Part shown: positions 1 through 9,069 of the stretch, piece after piece
How positions within the stretch are numbered: the first letter of the stretch is position 1
Layout: every line of letters starts with the position of its first letter
NCBI GenBank assembly: GCA_016185625.1
Contig: JACPND010000033.1
Location: 1,496-65,495 of the forward strand
Origin: Candidatus Woesearchaeota archaeon
GTDB taxonomy: Archaea > Nanobdellota > Nanobdellia > Woesearchaeales > GW2011-AR9
Length of the DNA: 64,000 nt
Reading direction: 5' to 3'
Notes under the pieces: generated by a model
Databases searched by the model: none
What the model was told of the DNA's origin: nothing
The model's input: the letters and a program-made list of their open reading frames with translations, nothing else
Program-made: the position numbers and the translations under genes

Positions 1-143
1 CTTTTGAGGATAAATTGTAGCGGTTCCTCATATAATTCTCCCGGTTTTACACCAACAAATGTGACAACATAATCTCCAAAAATATCAACCGCAGTAGCAC
101 TGGAATATTGTTTAGGAAGGAATTTATACGGCTTTCCCACCAA
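1..143 (-). CDS. partial ORF running off window start (C-terminal part missing); hypothetical
   Basis: Open minus-strand frame ...KSKAEIASELVGKPYKFLPKQYSSATAVDIFGDYVVTFVGVKPGELYEEPLQFILK continues past coordinate 1; only TTG/GTG start candidates near 138-143. Confidence 0.25.
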   Translation of the reverse strand, partial: MVGKPYKFLPKQYSSATAVDIFGDYVVTFVGVKPGELYEEPLQFILK

Positions 144-173
144 TTCAGAGGCAATTTCAGCTTTTGATTTTTA

Positions 174-533
174 TTGAGGTTTACCAAAATGACCACAAAA
201 ATACTCGTAGCACTTGATGAATATGATAAATCTAGATTTCAACCTCATAAAGATTTAGGGATAATCGTAGAGAAAATCATCCCTCTGGGCAGACCGTTCT
301 GTATTGATATAGGATGTCCTCGGGACACTCTTCCCACGTACTGGTGGGTTTTTGGAAAAGAAAGCCATATTTTGAATGAGCTATTACAACGAAATTTACC
401 GCCAGAAGCTAACGCCTACTCTTATTCAGAATTTAGTATTCGTTTAAATGATTGCGGACAAAGTAGTTATTTAGATTCTGAATCTAAGAGTGATCATCAT
501 ATTGTAGCTGTCCAGCTTTATCGGTTAGAGTAG
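174..533 (+). CDS. hypothetical protein (119 aa)
   Basis: ORF track; no recognisable motifs. Confidence 0.3.
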   Translation: MRFTKMTTKILVALDEYDKSRFQPHKDLGIIVEKIIPLGRPFCIDIGCPRDTLPTYWWVFGKESHILNELLQRNLPPEANAYSYSEFSIRLNDCGQSSYLDSESKSDHHIVAVQLYRLE

Positions 534-652
534 TTTGTATTCCCGTTTGGGTTTGAATACGCCGGTAATACTTCAGGATATTGAAGTATTACATAAAATC
601 ATTATATTTTTAACCACAGAAAATCTTATAAAGATGTTTTCTAACGCCCCCT

Positions 653-2275
653 GTGTCGCCGGATAATATGCAATGGATTGTGGTAACGGGTGGTAATCTT
701 TCTGGTTTAGGCAAGGGAATTGTTTCCGGCTCCATCGCCAAACTTCTTGAACCGCATAAAATTGTGAATGTAAAGTGTGATGGGTATTTGAATGTTGATC
801 CCGGGACAATCAATCCGTTTGAGCATGGGGAAGTGTTTGTGCTGGAAGATGGTGGGGAAGTGGATATGGATTTTGGGCATTATGAGCGTTTTACCAACCA
901 TACCAGCAAGTCCAGCCATAATCTGACCTCGGGGAAAATTTTTGATGCAGTAATCACCAAAGAGAGAAAAGGAGAATATTTAGGGAGAACGGTGCAGATT
1001 TTTCCCCATGTCATTGACGAAATTAAACGGCGATTGCTTTCTATTGTAGAGGAAGAGAAACCTGATGTGATGATGGTAGAGATAGGCGGGACGATTGATG
1101 ATATTGAAGAGAGTTGGTTTGTGCGGTCTATCCGTGAGTTGAGCCATGATTTCCCTCATCGAATGACGTTTTGTCATCTGGCGTATGTGCCGTTTTTATC
1201 AGGAGTGGATGAAGTGAAAACAAGGCTGGTGCAGACGAGTGTGGAGAGCCTGTTGCAGAAAGGAATCAGGCCGGATGTGGTCATCTGTCGGGCAGAGAAA
1301 CGGATGACCGCCGAGGCAAAAGAGAAAATTGGAAGATTTTGCGGCATTTCGGCGGAGGCAGTCATCAGTGATCCGCAGTCGGAGACAATTTATGAATTGC
1401 CGTTGATTTTTGAAGAGGAAGGATTACGAAAATATTTGGAAAAAAAGCTGGGGTTACAGACGAATCCAAGGTTAGAAGAGTGGAAAGCCATGGTGGAGCG
1501 GATTAAAAATAAAGAGCAGGCGGTAGAGGTCGCTATTTGCGGGAAATATACGGGATTAAAAGATGCATATGCAAGTATTATGGAGAGTTTAGTGCACGCG
1601 GGGGCATTTCATAAAGTGCATGTGCAGTGGCATTTTATCGATACGACGGATATTTGTTCACATGATGATGTGAAGCGAAAGCTGCAGGGGATGCAGGGAA
1701 TCATCATTCCAGGGGGATTTGGACGGCGAGGAACGGAAGGAAAAATCCGGGTAGCGCAGTATGCGCGGGAAAACGATATTCCTTATCTGGGACTCTGTTT
1801 AGGATTGCAGATTGCCGTGATTGAATTTGCACGGAATGTGTGTGGGTTGGCAGGAGCGAACAGCACAGAATTCGTGGAAGAGGGGGCAATGGTAGAGCAT
1901 CCGGTGATTGATATTTTGCCGGGGCAGAGAAAAGTGCAGCAGAAAGGGGCAACGATGCGGTTGGGCACCTATACAGCAAAATTAATGGAGGGAGCGACGG
2001 TGCATCGGCTTTATGGGAGAACTGAGGTGTCAGAGAGACATCGGCATCGATATGAAGTGAATCCGAAGTATCATGCTCTCTTGCAGCAGCAGGGGATGAT
2101 CTTTTCCGGGACGTCTGTAGACGAAGATGGCACGACGTTAGTGGAATTTATGGAGTTGCCAAATAACGTGTTTCGCGGCACGCAGGCACATCCAGAGTTT
2201 AAGTCGAGATTGATTCATCCGGCACCGTTGTTTGTGGGATTTGTCGGAGATATTCTCCGTACTTCCCAAAAGTGA
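653..2275 (+). CDS. pyrG: CTP synthase
   Basis: N-terminal synthetase domain (VTGGNLSGLGKGIVSGSIAKLL, DGYLNVDPGTINPFEHGEVFV) plus C-terminal class-I glutamine amidotransferase domain (GLCLGLQ, HRHRYEVN). Confidence 0.95.
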   Translation: MSPDNMQWIVVTGGNLSGLGKGIVSGSIAKLLEPHKIVNVKCDGYLNVDPGTINPFEHGEVFVLEDGGEVDMDFGHYERFTNHTSKSSHNLTSGKIFDAVITKERKGEYLGRTVQIFPHVIDEIKRRLLSIVEEEKPDVMMVEIGGTIDDIEESWFVRSIRELSHDFPHRMTFCHLAYVPFLSGVDEVKTRLVQTSVESLLQKGIRPDVVICRAEKRMTAEAKEKIGRFCGISAEAVISDPQSETIYELPLIFEEEGLRKYLEKKLGLQTNPRLEEWKAMVERIKNKEQAVEVAICGKYTGLKDAYASIMESLVHAGAFHKVHVQWHFIDTTDICSHDDVKRKLQGMQGIIIPGGFGRRGTEGKIRVAQYARENDIPYLGLCLGLQIAVIEFARNVCGLAGANSTEFVEEGAMVEHPVIDILPGQRKVQQKGATMRLGTYTAKLMEGATVHRLYGRTEVSERHRHRYEVNPKYHALLQQQGMIFSGTSVDEDGTTLVEFMELPNNVFRGTQAHPEFKSRLIHPAPLFVGFVGDILRTSQK

Positions 2276-2375
2276 AAGATACTGTATCTTTAACGAATGA
2301 ATGATCCTCCAAGTTCTGGCGGATTGATCGCCGTGTACTCATCATATTTTGCTGTGTTCATAGTGCCAATTCGTC

Positions 2376-2557
2376 GGCTTTGTGTAAAAAGTCACTTTGT
2401 TTAGGGGTGCAGTGCCTGTTATCGATTTTTCTTTGTTTTTTCTCAGGCATATTTTAGATTTCTCGGATTAAAATCGATTCCTAACTTTGTCTTACGAATC
2501 GACGAATCGCAAAGTAACAGGCACTTCTTCGCATCCCCCTACTTTTTACACAAAGCC
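2376..2557. mobile_element. MITE-like element, family A (182 bp)
   Basis: 17-bp terminal inverted repeats GGCTTTGTGTAAAAAGT / ACTTTTTACACAAAGCC; internal long imperfect palindrome; flanked by 9-bp near-identical direct repeat CAATTCGTC / CAATTCATC. Confidence 0.55.
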
Positions 2558-2635
2558 CAATTCATCTTAAACTTTTGTGTTTTAAGCTTATGCTGATACT
2601 GACTTTAAATGGAAAACGCAAAAGCTGAATCATCG

Positions 2636-2793
2636 GCACTATCCAAAAAGTGAGTGATAGCAGGCCGTCTGACCAACCAAAAACCAGATCCATTTTAGGA
2701 GGTCTGAATAGTTTTTGGCCATTAACTAGGGCATATTGTCCTTTTGGTCAGACACTTACTGGCCAAGCCATCACTCACAAAACAGATAGCGCC
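2636..2793. mobile_element. MITE-like element, family B (158 bp, complete short copy)
   Basis: ~24-bp TIRs GGCACTATCC..GTGAGTGAT / ATCACTCACAAAACAGATAGCGCC; internal palindrome (GTCTGACCAA / TTGGTCAGAC); perfect 8-9-bp target-site duplication GAATCATC(G) on both flanks. Confidence 0.7.
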
Positions 2794-2852
2794 GAATCAT
2801 CGTAAGCTATATATAGTAAAACATATTTCTAAAAAGAAAAAGAGGAGAGATT

Positions 2853-3752
2853 GTGGTCCTAGAACATCTATTTCCGGAAGACTGGCTGGAGAATAAGGGT
2901 AGATATGCGTTTATTCTTGGCGCTATCTATGCCATTATCGGATTGCTGATTGCCAGTGTGCTGTTTCCTAGCGACCCGGCTCTTGTCGCCGTCGCATTTA
3001 CTTCTATGCTCTTGCTGCCAGAATTATACAAGATTTTTTCTATCGAAGAGCGTAATGAAACTATCCAGCGGCGTGTGACCTTGAAGGCGCTCTGGCAGAC
3101 AGATATTGAAATCGTGCGGATTTATGTGTTCCTCTTCCTGGGGATTTTGTTTGTCTATGCCCTGGGTGCGATTTTTCTGCCTAATTTACAGGCCAACACG
3201 CTGTTCAGAGAGCAGCTGGAAATCCGTTTTGGAGAAGGATTTTCCGGCCAAGCGATTGCCGGACAGGCAGTGGCGGGCGGCTTCTCCATGGATTTGTTCT
3301 TCGATCTCTTAAGCAATAATTTCCTAGTGTTAATCGCCTGCTTTATCTTAGCCTTGCTGGCAGGAGACGGGGCAATTTATCTGATTACCTGGAACGCTTC
3401 AGTCTGGGGGACTATTTTCGGTGTGACCGCAAAATTAGCAGGACAGTTTGGCGGCGGTGAGCATACGTTAGCACTGTTTGGAATCATCATGTTGATCGTC
3501 TTCCCCCATATGATTATAGAAGGGATTTCCTATTTCCTCGCGGCGATTTCCGGCTCGGTGATTTCCAAGGGCGTGCTGTTGGAAGAATTTGCCTCGGATC
3601 GGTTCTGGGAAGTTTTTGGATTTAATCTTTATTTATTCCTGGCAGCATTAGTCTTCGTAGTCTTAGGTGCACTGGTAGAAACCTTTGTGTTGGATAACGT
3701 TGATATTTATATGCAGATTATCCAGCAAAGTTCTGCTGCTTTTGGCCATTGA
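2853..3752 (+). CDS. SpoIIM/DUF95-family integral membrane protein
   Basis: Multi-pass TM; LLSNNFLVLIACFILALLAGDGAIYLITWNASVWG resembles stage II sporulation protein M family core. Confidence 0.55.
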   Translation: MVLEHLFPEDWLENKGRYAFILGAIYAIIGLLIASVLFPSDPALVAVAFTSMLLLPELYKIFSIEERNETIQRRVTLKALWQTDIEIVRIYVFLFLGILFVYALGAIFLPNLQANTLFREQLEIRFGEGFSGQAIAGQAVAGGFSMDLFFDLLSNNFLVLIACFILALLAGDGAIYLITWNASVWGTIFGVTAKLAGQFGGGEHTLALFGIIMLIVFPHMIIEGISYFLAAISGSVISKGVLLEEFASDRFWEVFGFNLYLFLAALVFVVLGALVETFVLDNVDIYMQIIQQSSAAFGH

Positions 3753-3774
3753 GCGTATTGCCAACCCCTTTTTC

Positions 3775-4593
3775 TTAATGCTCAAAAGGCTTACAAATAT
3801 CATAGAAATCACATTTCCCGCTGGACCACTTGCAGAGCGGCCCGGCACAGCGTGGATAATGTTTGATATCTTCCGATTGGGAAGTGTGCTTATGGATCAG
3901 TTCAATCTCCCGTTTGGCCAACGCCACTAATTCCTGGTCCACATCCATCCATTTTAATTTGTGGCGCAGAAAGAAAATGCCTACTTTCGAAGGCATGACC
4001 CCATGTTTTTCATAATACAATAACGAGTATATCGCCAGTTGCAGCTTGATGCTGTCCTTGAATTCAGAGGTGCTATTTGTTTTATAATCAACAATACGAA
4101 CTTCATTTTCTAAATGATGGATAGCATCGATAAAACCGTGGACGGAATACCTATCTGACGTAAATTCCAGCTCCCTGATCGGCGTCAGCAGATGGAAGGC
4201 GTCCGGAACAGCCAGATTCTTTTGCTGTACAGTCATTCCTAATTCCCGGATGAAATGGTTGGTCCAGTTCATCAGCATAAGCATGGTCTCTTCAAAATAG
4301 AATTTTTCCTGATCTGAATTCAAATTCAGCGCTTTTAATTTTGGCTGGTAGTCTTTCCAATAGTGCAGGAACAGTTTTTGGATGGCTTCGCGGCATCTAA
4401 GAGCAAAATTATCAGCACTCCATGCAGACACGTCAATGTCATAAAAATTCTCTAACGTGGAATGCGCGATATTCCCGCGCACCTGATGGATGTTTGGCAG
4501 CGTAGGAAATTTAGCAATATATTGGTAATAATATTTGCGGGGACACTGCTTGAACGTATTGATGGAAGACGGCGATTCAACTCTTTTTGCCAT
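3775..4593 (-). CDS. Cas4/RecB-like PD-(D/E)XK nuclease with Fe-S cysteine cluster (stand-alone)
   Basis: N-terminal Cys (FKQCPRKYYYQY), motif II/III GFIDAIHHLENEVRIVDYKT, QxxxY (QLAIYSLL), C-terminal C-x4-C-x6-C (CAGPLCKWSSGKC). ORF extends to 4755 but the conserved domain begins at the Met at 4593. Confidence 0.7.
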   Translation of the reverse strand: MAKRVESPSSINTFKQCPRKYYYQYIAKFPTLPNIHQVRGNIAHSTLENFYDIDVSAWSADNFALRCREAIQKLFLHYWKDYQPKLKALNLNSDQEKFYFEETMLMLMNWTNHFIRELGMTVQQKNLAVPDAFHLLTPIRELEFTSDRYSVHGFIDAIHHLENEVRIVDYKTNSTSEFKDSIKLQLAIYSLLYYEKHGVMPSKVGIFFLRHKLKWMDVDQELVALAKREIELIHKHTSQSEDIKHYPRCAGPLCKWSSGKCDFYDICKPFEH

Positions 4594-4852
4594 GGGCACC
4601 TCGTTTTTGTGGGCAACTGGGAACAGGTTTATATGACTTGTGGTATATATTAAGTCTACCTGCTGGCCGTTAGCTTCGTGCTTTCCTTGCTTGGCATCTG
4701 GTCCAAAAAAGGTTTTTTTATCTCCAAGAAAGCGCCATCTAATTCTCATTAACAAAAGTAATTCTCAGCTAACTTCTTGGCCTAGCAGGCAGACTCAACT
4801 TAATAGACGTCTTGTGCAAAGGTTTATAAATACGCTCTGGGGTGGGAGAAGC

Positions 4853-5164
4853 ATGCCAGAACAAGTTGCCGAAGAAATCATCCGTGTACGTCTGCCTATA
4901 GGACAAGAAGTGCTGGGCATCGTGCAGCAGCGCCTCGGTGGCAGCCGGATGCGCGTGACCTGCCTGGATGGAAAAGAGCGCATCTGTCGGATTCCGGGAA
5001 GACTGCGCCGGGCCTTGTGGGTGCGTGAAAATGATGTGGTTATTGTTGAACCATGGGAACTGGGCGGCGACGAGAAAGGCGACGTGGTGCATAAGTATCG
5101 CGGAAAAACAGAAGTGGAATTCTTGCGCAAAAGGGGATATCTTAAAGGATTGGAAGAATTGTAG
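4853..5164 (+). CDS. eif1a: translation initiation factor 1A (aIF-1A/eIF1A)
   Basis: S1-like OB-fold protein, RVRLPIGQEVLGIVQQRLGGSRMRVTCLDGKERICRIPGRLRRALWVRENDVVIV; start at the Met of MPEQVAEE inside the longer ORF 4640..5164. Confidence 0.9.
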   Translation: MPEQVAEEIIRVRLPIGQEVLGIVQQRLGGSRMRVTCLDGKERICRIPGRLRRALWVRENDVVIVEPWELGGDEKGDVVHKYRGKTEVEFLRKRGYLKGLEEL

Positions 5165-5319
5165 ATTAGAAAGATTGGGCACTGTCCGTTTTGTGAGTGA
5201 TGTGCCGATGTGTGCAGTGAGGGAGAAGGCATAATGCTGTTCGGAGGTTGGATTAGCACTATAAACGCAGCGAGATGCTGTGAAATCACTACGATTAATC
5301 CACCAGAACTGCGGCACAG

Positions 5320-5399
5320 CAGTCACTCACAAGATGAGGCAACGACCTCATCTGTGCACCAGTGAAGTAGTTTCTTTACTTTGTGTTTTGGATAGTGCC
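5320..5399. repeat. fragment of MITE family B
   Basis: Contains CACTCACAAG ... GGCAACGACC ... GAAGTAGTTTCTT ... GTTTTGGATAGTGCC blocks shared with copies at 2636, 6841, 18293, 49228. Confidence 0.4.
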
Positions 5400-5491
5400 A
5401 AGGATTGTAACCATTATCTTTGAGAATAGAATTCTGAGAATAGAAATTCCACTAGCAATATGCTTATATAGGCAACCCCATTAAAACGTAG

Positions 5492-6028
5492 TTGATGAGA
5501 CGAGCAAAACTTCTGGCATATACCGTTTTGTCGCTGGCCCTGCTTGTCGGCCTGCTGCAGATTTTCATCGAAAAAAGCGGGAAGTTCTTTGTCTTAGAGT
5601 TTGCAGGAACCTTCCTGATGCTGCTACTCATATTGGTTGGGTTCATTGGTTACAGCTTACGGTGGGGAGAACGTTTGTTCTTCCTGGTAAGTGTTTTTTA
5701 TCTGGGAAATCTGGTTTTAGTCTGGTATTTTAAGGGAGCGTTCTATGTCATCCTGGCCTTGCTGGCACTGGTGCTATTTGGGTTGAGCTTTCCGCGCCAG
5801 AAATTACTATCATCGGATCAACCGGCGTCAGCGAAACCTGCAGCGAAATTTACCCCGGGGAAATATGTCGCCAGTGCACGAAGCAATGTATACCATGAGC
5901 CGAAATGCGACTGGGCAAAAAAGATTGATCCCACACGGCAGGTCTGGTTCCAAAGCAAAGAGGAAGCGGAAGAAAAGAAATATATGCCGCACAGCTGTCT
6001 GACTACTTCTTCCACGAAATCAGAATAA
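5492..6028 (+). CDS. membrane protein with C-terminal Ada-type zinc-binding-like motif
   Basis: 4 predicted TM helices, then VYHEPKCDWAKKIDPTRQVWFQSKEEAEEKKYMPHSC (YHxPxC..N.vwF.S.eeA...Y.P...C pattern). Confidence 0.45.
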   Translation: MMRRAKLLAYTVLSLALLVGLLQIFIEKSGKFFVLEFAGTFLMLLLILVGFIGYSLRWGERLFFLVSVFYLGNLVLVWYFKGAFYVILALLALVLFGLSFPRQKLLSSDQPASAKPAAKFTPGKYVASARSNVYHEPKCDWAKKIDPTRQVWFQSKEEAEEKKYMPHSCLTTSSTKSE

Positions 6029-6431
6029 TACCGATAACGCTGAGGGTTATTGCCGTATCCGCAACATTAAATGCCGGCCAGAAGCCAAAATCAATAAAAT
6101 CTATCACATAGCCCAGAAATAGGCGGTCAATGAGATTTCCTATTACACCTCCTAAAAATATTCCCCACAGGACAAAAAGAATTTTCTTATCGGCTGCCAG
6201 TTTTGTATGATGATAGATGACGATGATAGCGACAAGGAGCGAAATGATCGTTAGCACCCCAGTATAATTCTGCAATATGCCAAATCCCGCACCGGTATTT
6301 TTGACGAGGTGAATTTGCAGGAGAGTGAGATCCAGCGCAGAATCTGTAACCGCCGCCAGATATTTTGTAAGCTGATCCAGCAACACTACACCAACAGCAA
6401 TAAGCCAGAACAGCCCATGACGATTTACCAT
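6003..6431 (-). CDS. lspA: lipoprotein signal peptidase II
   Basis: LDQLTKYLA..., conserved NxGAAFG-like block (NTGAGFGIL), FNVADTAITLSVIGIIL; 4 TM helices. Confidence 0.8.
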   Translation of the reverse strand: MVNRHGLFWLIAVGVVLLDQLTKYLAAVTDSALDLTLLQIHLVKNTGAGFGILQNYTGVLTIISLLVAIIVIYHHTKLAADKKILFVLWGIFLGGVIGNLIDRLFLGYVIDFIDFGFWPAFNVADTAITLSVIGIILISWKK

Positions 6432-6796
6432 AATTTTTTGTCTTTGCGCTGTTGCTCAATATTGGCCAGACGCTGATCTAGCGAGGCCAGCAGCGCTTTG
6501 ATGGTATCCAATTTGCTGTTGATGAGTTCCAGCTCGCGATTGGGAAAAGCGGCGGCACTGGGACCGGGGTACCGGGATGACGCAACAGGCGTGGGTGTTA
6601 ATGGCCTGCTGAATGGTGAGGCAGTCGTTGCCGCTGGAGGCTCTTCCTGAAACGGCGACTTTTCCTGATAGCCGGGCCATTCGCCGGGAGCCGGTTCTGA
6701 ATGAGCAGTTTCTTTTTCTGCAGCCTCCTTCTCTACCAGCTTGTCAAAATCAAACTCGTCCTCTTTTCTCCAGAATTTTAATTTTTCAAAGACCAT
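6425..6796 (-). CDS. hypothetical protein, Pro-rich linker plus C-terminal coiled coil; overlaps lspA start (operonic)
   Basis: ORF track; low-complexity P/S/A-rich middle, LELINSKLDTIKALLASLDQRLANIEQQ heptads. Confidence 0.4.
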   Translation of the reverse strand: MVFEKLKFWRKEDEFDFDKLVEKEAAEKETAHSEPAPGEWPGYQEKSPFQEEPPAATTASPFSRPLTPTPVASSRYPGPSAAAFPNRELELINSKLDTIKALLASLDQRLANIEQQRKDKKLW

Positions 6797-6840
6797 TTTT
6801 AGAGTAATGCCGAAGAAGTTTTTAACTCTTTTGCTTTTAG

Positions 6841-7050
6841 GGCACTACGGTTTTGTGAGTGATGGCTAGGCAATGTGTGAGCCGAGACGGGAAACCTATC
6901 CCGTCTTGCAACGATCCCTTCTTGCGTCAGCGTTCGATGTACACGTCAAAAGCGAGAGAGGGTCACTGCGTTCTCTAGTTACTTACACTTCGTTCCAGCA
7001 ACAGATGGCTGTGCTTCACTTCAGGAAGCTGAAGTATCACTCAAGAATTC
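6841..7050. repeat. MITE family B, long variant (degenerate copy)
   Basis: Begins with TIR GGCACTACGGTTTTGTGAGTGAT; shares GGGAAACCTATCCC.TCTTGCG...GTGCTTCACTTCAG.AAGC blocks with the 36840 copy. Confidence 0.5.
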
Positions 7051-7343
7051 TACCGTATCGGTATCCTCAGGAACTTCTTGCATTCGAAACAGGAAATGAT
7101 CACTTTCCCGCCACGGGTTCGTATTCTCACATTCACCCCTGGCATTAAGTATTTATAACAATGCTTACAGAAACACCGCTTTAATTCTTTAGGGATCCGC
7201 ATCCGGTTCTTCATGGCGATTTTTCTGGCAAGAGTGACGTAACGATTGGCTAAAGCTTGGTCAGAAGAGAAGGATTGCTGGGCTAAAGTAAAGAGGTCAT
7301 TAATCTTTTCTAAAGCAGTATCCTTATTTTTAATCGGTTTCAT
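7050..7343 (-). CDS. rnp4: RNase P protein subunit Rpp21/Rpr2
   Basis: C-terminal zinc ribbon CFCKHC...CFECKKF with basic N-terminus typical of Rpr2. Confidence 0.75.
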   Translation of the reverse strand: MKPIKNKDTALEKINDLFTLAQQSFSSDQALANRYVTLARKIAMKNRMRIPKELKRCFCKHCYKYLMPGVNVRIRTRGGKVIISCFECKKFLRIPIR

Positions 7344-7418
7344 CGTTTATTTGGAAAGATGGGCCGCTTTATTAAATTTCCCAGAAAAAAATATAAAAGA
7401 GCCGCATTTTAGAGAACT

Positions 7419-7727
7419 ATGCCCCGCGGACGCCCCACCAGAAGCCAGATCCGGCAGAACGTTGTGGAAATATTGTACTATCTGGAAAAAGGATATGGGT
7501 ATCAGATCAGCAAGATTTATCTGGCCATTTTTCCCAAAGTTACCCAGCGCAGCATCTATTACCATCTAAAAAGGGGAGTTTTGACCAAAGAGATCGAAGT
7601 GCAGAAGATTGCCCAGGAGAAAGGAGATTTTTCCTGGGGGCCGGATGTAGAAAAGACCTATTACACACTGGGCAAGCTGGCGAAGCCGAAAGGAGATACC
7701 AGAGTAAAAGAGTTTTTGAAAAAGTAA
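7419..7727 (+). CDS. small winged-helix DNA-binding protein (PadR-like?)
   Basis: ILYYLEKGYGYQISKIYLAIFPKVTQRSIYYHLKRGV wHTH-like. Confidence 0.45.
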   Translation: MPRGRPTRSQIRQNVVEILYYLEKGYGYQISKIYLAIFPKVTQRSIYYHLKRGVLTKEIEVQKIAQEKGDFSWGPDVEKTYYTLGKLAKPKGDTRVKEFLKK

Positions 7728-7740
7728 AACCCTGAAAAAG

Positions 7741-8067
7741 ATGATAAGGATGACGTTTGCGGAAAAAGTGTACGATGTGGTGCGGAAAGTGCCGAAAGGG
7801 AAAGTAACGACCTATAAAGCGATTGCCAAAGCGTTGAATACCAAAGCCTATCGAGCAGTTGGGCAGGCGTTGCGCTGCAATCCGTATGCGCCGGAAGTGC
7901 CCTGCCATCGGGTAATATGTTCTGACGGAAGTATTGGCGGATTTGAAGGAAAGAAAAAGGGTAAAGAAATCCAGAAAAAAATAAATTTATTGCAGGATGA
8001 AGGGATGGCGATAATTAATAATAAAATCGATAAGCGCTACTTTTTCAAACCCCCAGCATCTCCCTGA
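7741..8067 (+). CDS. ogt: methylated-DNA-protein-cysteine methyltransferase (DNA-binding/active-site domain)
   Basis: VPKGKVTTYKAIAKAL...PCHRVICSDGSIGGF (PCHRV active site). Confidence 0.85.
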   Translation: MIRMTFAEKVYDVVRKVPKGKVTTYKAIAKALNTKAYRAVGQALRCNPYAPEVPCHRVICSDGSIGGFEGKKKGKEIQKKINLLQDEGMAIINNKIDKRYFFKPPASP

Positions 8068-8329
8068 GTTCGTCGCTCGGCTGCCAGGGCGGCTCAAAGG
8101 TGACTTCAATTTCTACTTTTTTCGCTCCTTTCTCTTTGATTTGCGTCTCCAAGTCAGAGACCATCTGCGGGCCATACGGACACATCGGCGAGGTAAAGGT
8201 CAATTTTATATATACTTCCCCATCATCGATTTTTGATTCGTAAATCAAGCCCAGCGTCCAGATGTCGATATATAACTCCGGGTCAACATAGTTTTTGAAG
8301 ATTTCCAGCAGCTGTTCTTTGGTGATCAT
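8045..8329 (-). CDS. sufT: DUF59/MIP18-family Fe-S assembly protein (SufT-like)
   Basis: VDPELYIDIWTLGLIYE...TFTSPMCPYGPQM motif; last gene of the suf operon. Confidence 0.7.
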   Translation of the reverse strand: MITKEQLLEIFKNYVDPELYIDIWTLGLIYESKIDDGEVYIKLTFTSPMCPYGPQMVSDLETQIKEKGAKKVEIEVTFEPPWQPSDELREMLGV

Positions 8330-9069
8330 GTAAACCCCCGTTGTTCAATTTTTTTTGCCAACTCGTACGATCCCTGCGCCACGATTTTCCCTTGCTGTAT
8401 TATACTTACTTCATCAGGCATCAAATATTCCAAAAAGCGATTATAATGCGTGATGACAATAAGGCTCATTGCCGGACGGAGTTTTCGCGCCTGCTGAATT
8501 CCCTCGGCAACGATCTTGATGGAATCAACATCAAGCCCGGAATCCGTTTCATCGAGTAGTGCATATCTCGGCTGGAGCACAATTAATTGCAGCATTTCTG
8601 TTTTTTTCTTCTCTCCGCCAGACAATCCTTCATTGAGATGGCGGCGGCTGAAACTAGAATCCATGTTCAAGAGCGACATTTTCTCTTTAAGCAGCGCATG
8701 GAACTCCACCACATTGAGCTGTTTTTCATGGATAGTGTTATACGCCGTGCGCAGGAAACTGCCGATGGTCACTCCTGAAATTTCCGTGGGATATTGGAAA
8801 GAAAGAAACAACCCGGCTTTAGCTCGAAGATGCGTCTTTTCATGAGTTAGGTCTTTCCCATCCAACAGTACTTTTCCTGAGGTTATTTTATATTTTGGAT
8901 GGCCCATGAGGGCATTGGCCAAGGTTGATTTACCGGAGCCGTTCGGCCCCATCAGCGCATGGATTTTTCCGGAATGGAACGTCAGTGAAACTCCTTTAAT
9001 AATTTCTGTACCCTCCACTTCAACATGAAGGTCTTTTATTTCCAGTGTCATTTGCCTCCCCTCTCCCAT
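8326..9069 (-). CDS. sufC: Fe-S cluster assembly ATPase SufC
   Basis: Walker A GPNGSGKST, ABC signature LSGGEKKK, Walker B LLDETDSGLD. Confidence 0.95.
   Translation of the reverse strand: MGEGRQMTLEIKDLHVEVEGTEIIKGVSLTFHSGKIHALMGPNGSGKSTLANALMGHPKYKITSGKVLLDGKDLTHEKTHLRAKAGLFLSFQYPTEISGVTIGSFLRTAYNTIHEKQLNVVEFHALLKEKMSLLNMDSSFSRRHLNEGLSGGEKKKTEMLQLIVLQPRYALLDETDSGLDVDSIKIVAEGIQQARKLRPAMSLIVITHYNRFLEYLMPDEVSIIQQGKIVAQGSYELAKKIEQRGFT

Noticed and set aside
3775-4755. CRISPR-Cas locus suggested by the Cas4-like nuclease
   Set aside because: No direct-repeat/spacer array or other cas genes anywhere in the 64 kb. Called as a solo RecB/Cas4-family nuclease.
4769-5326. 185-aa and 164-aa minus-strand ORFs
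   Set aside because: Antisense to the well-conserved aIF-1A gene. No motifs.
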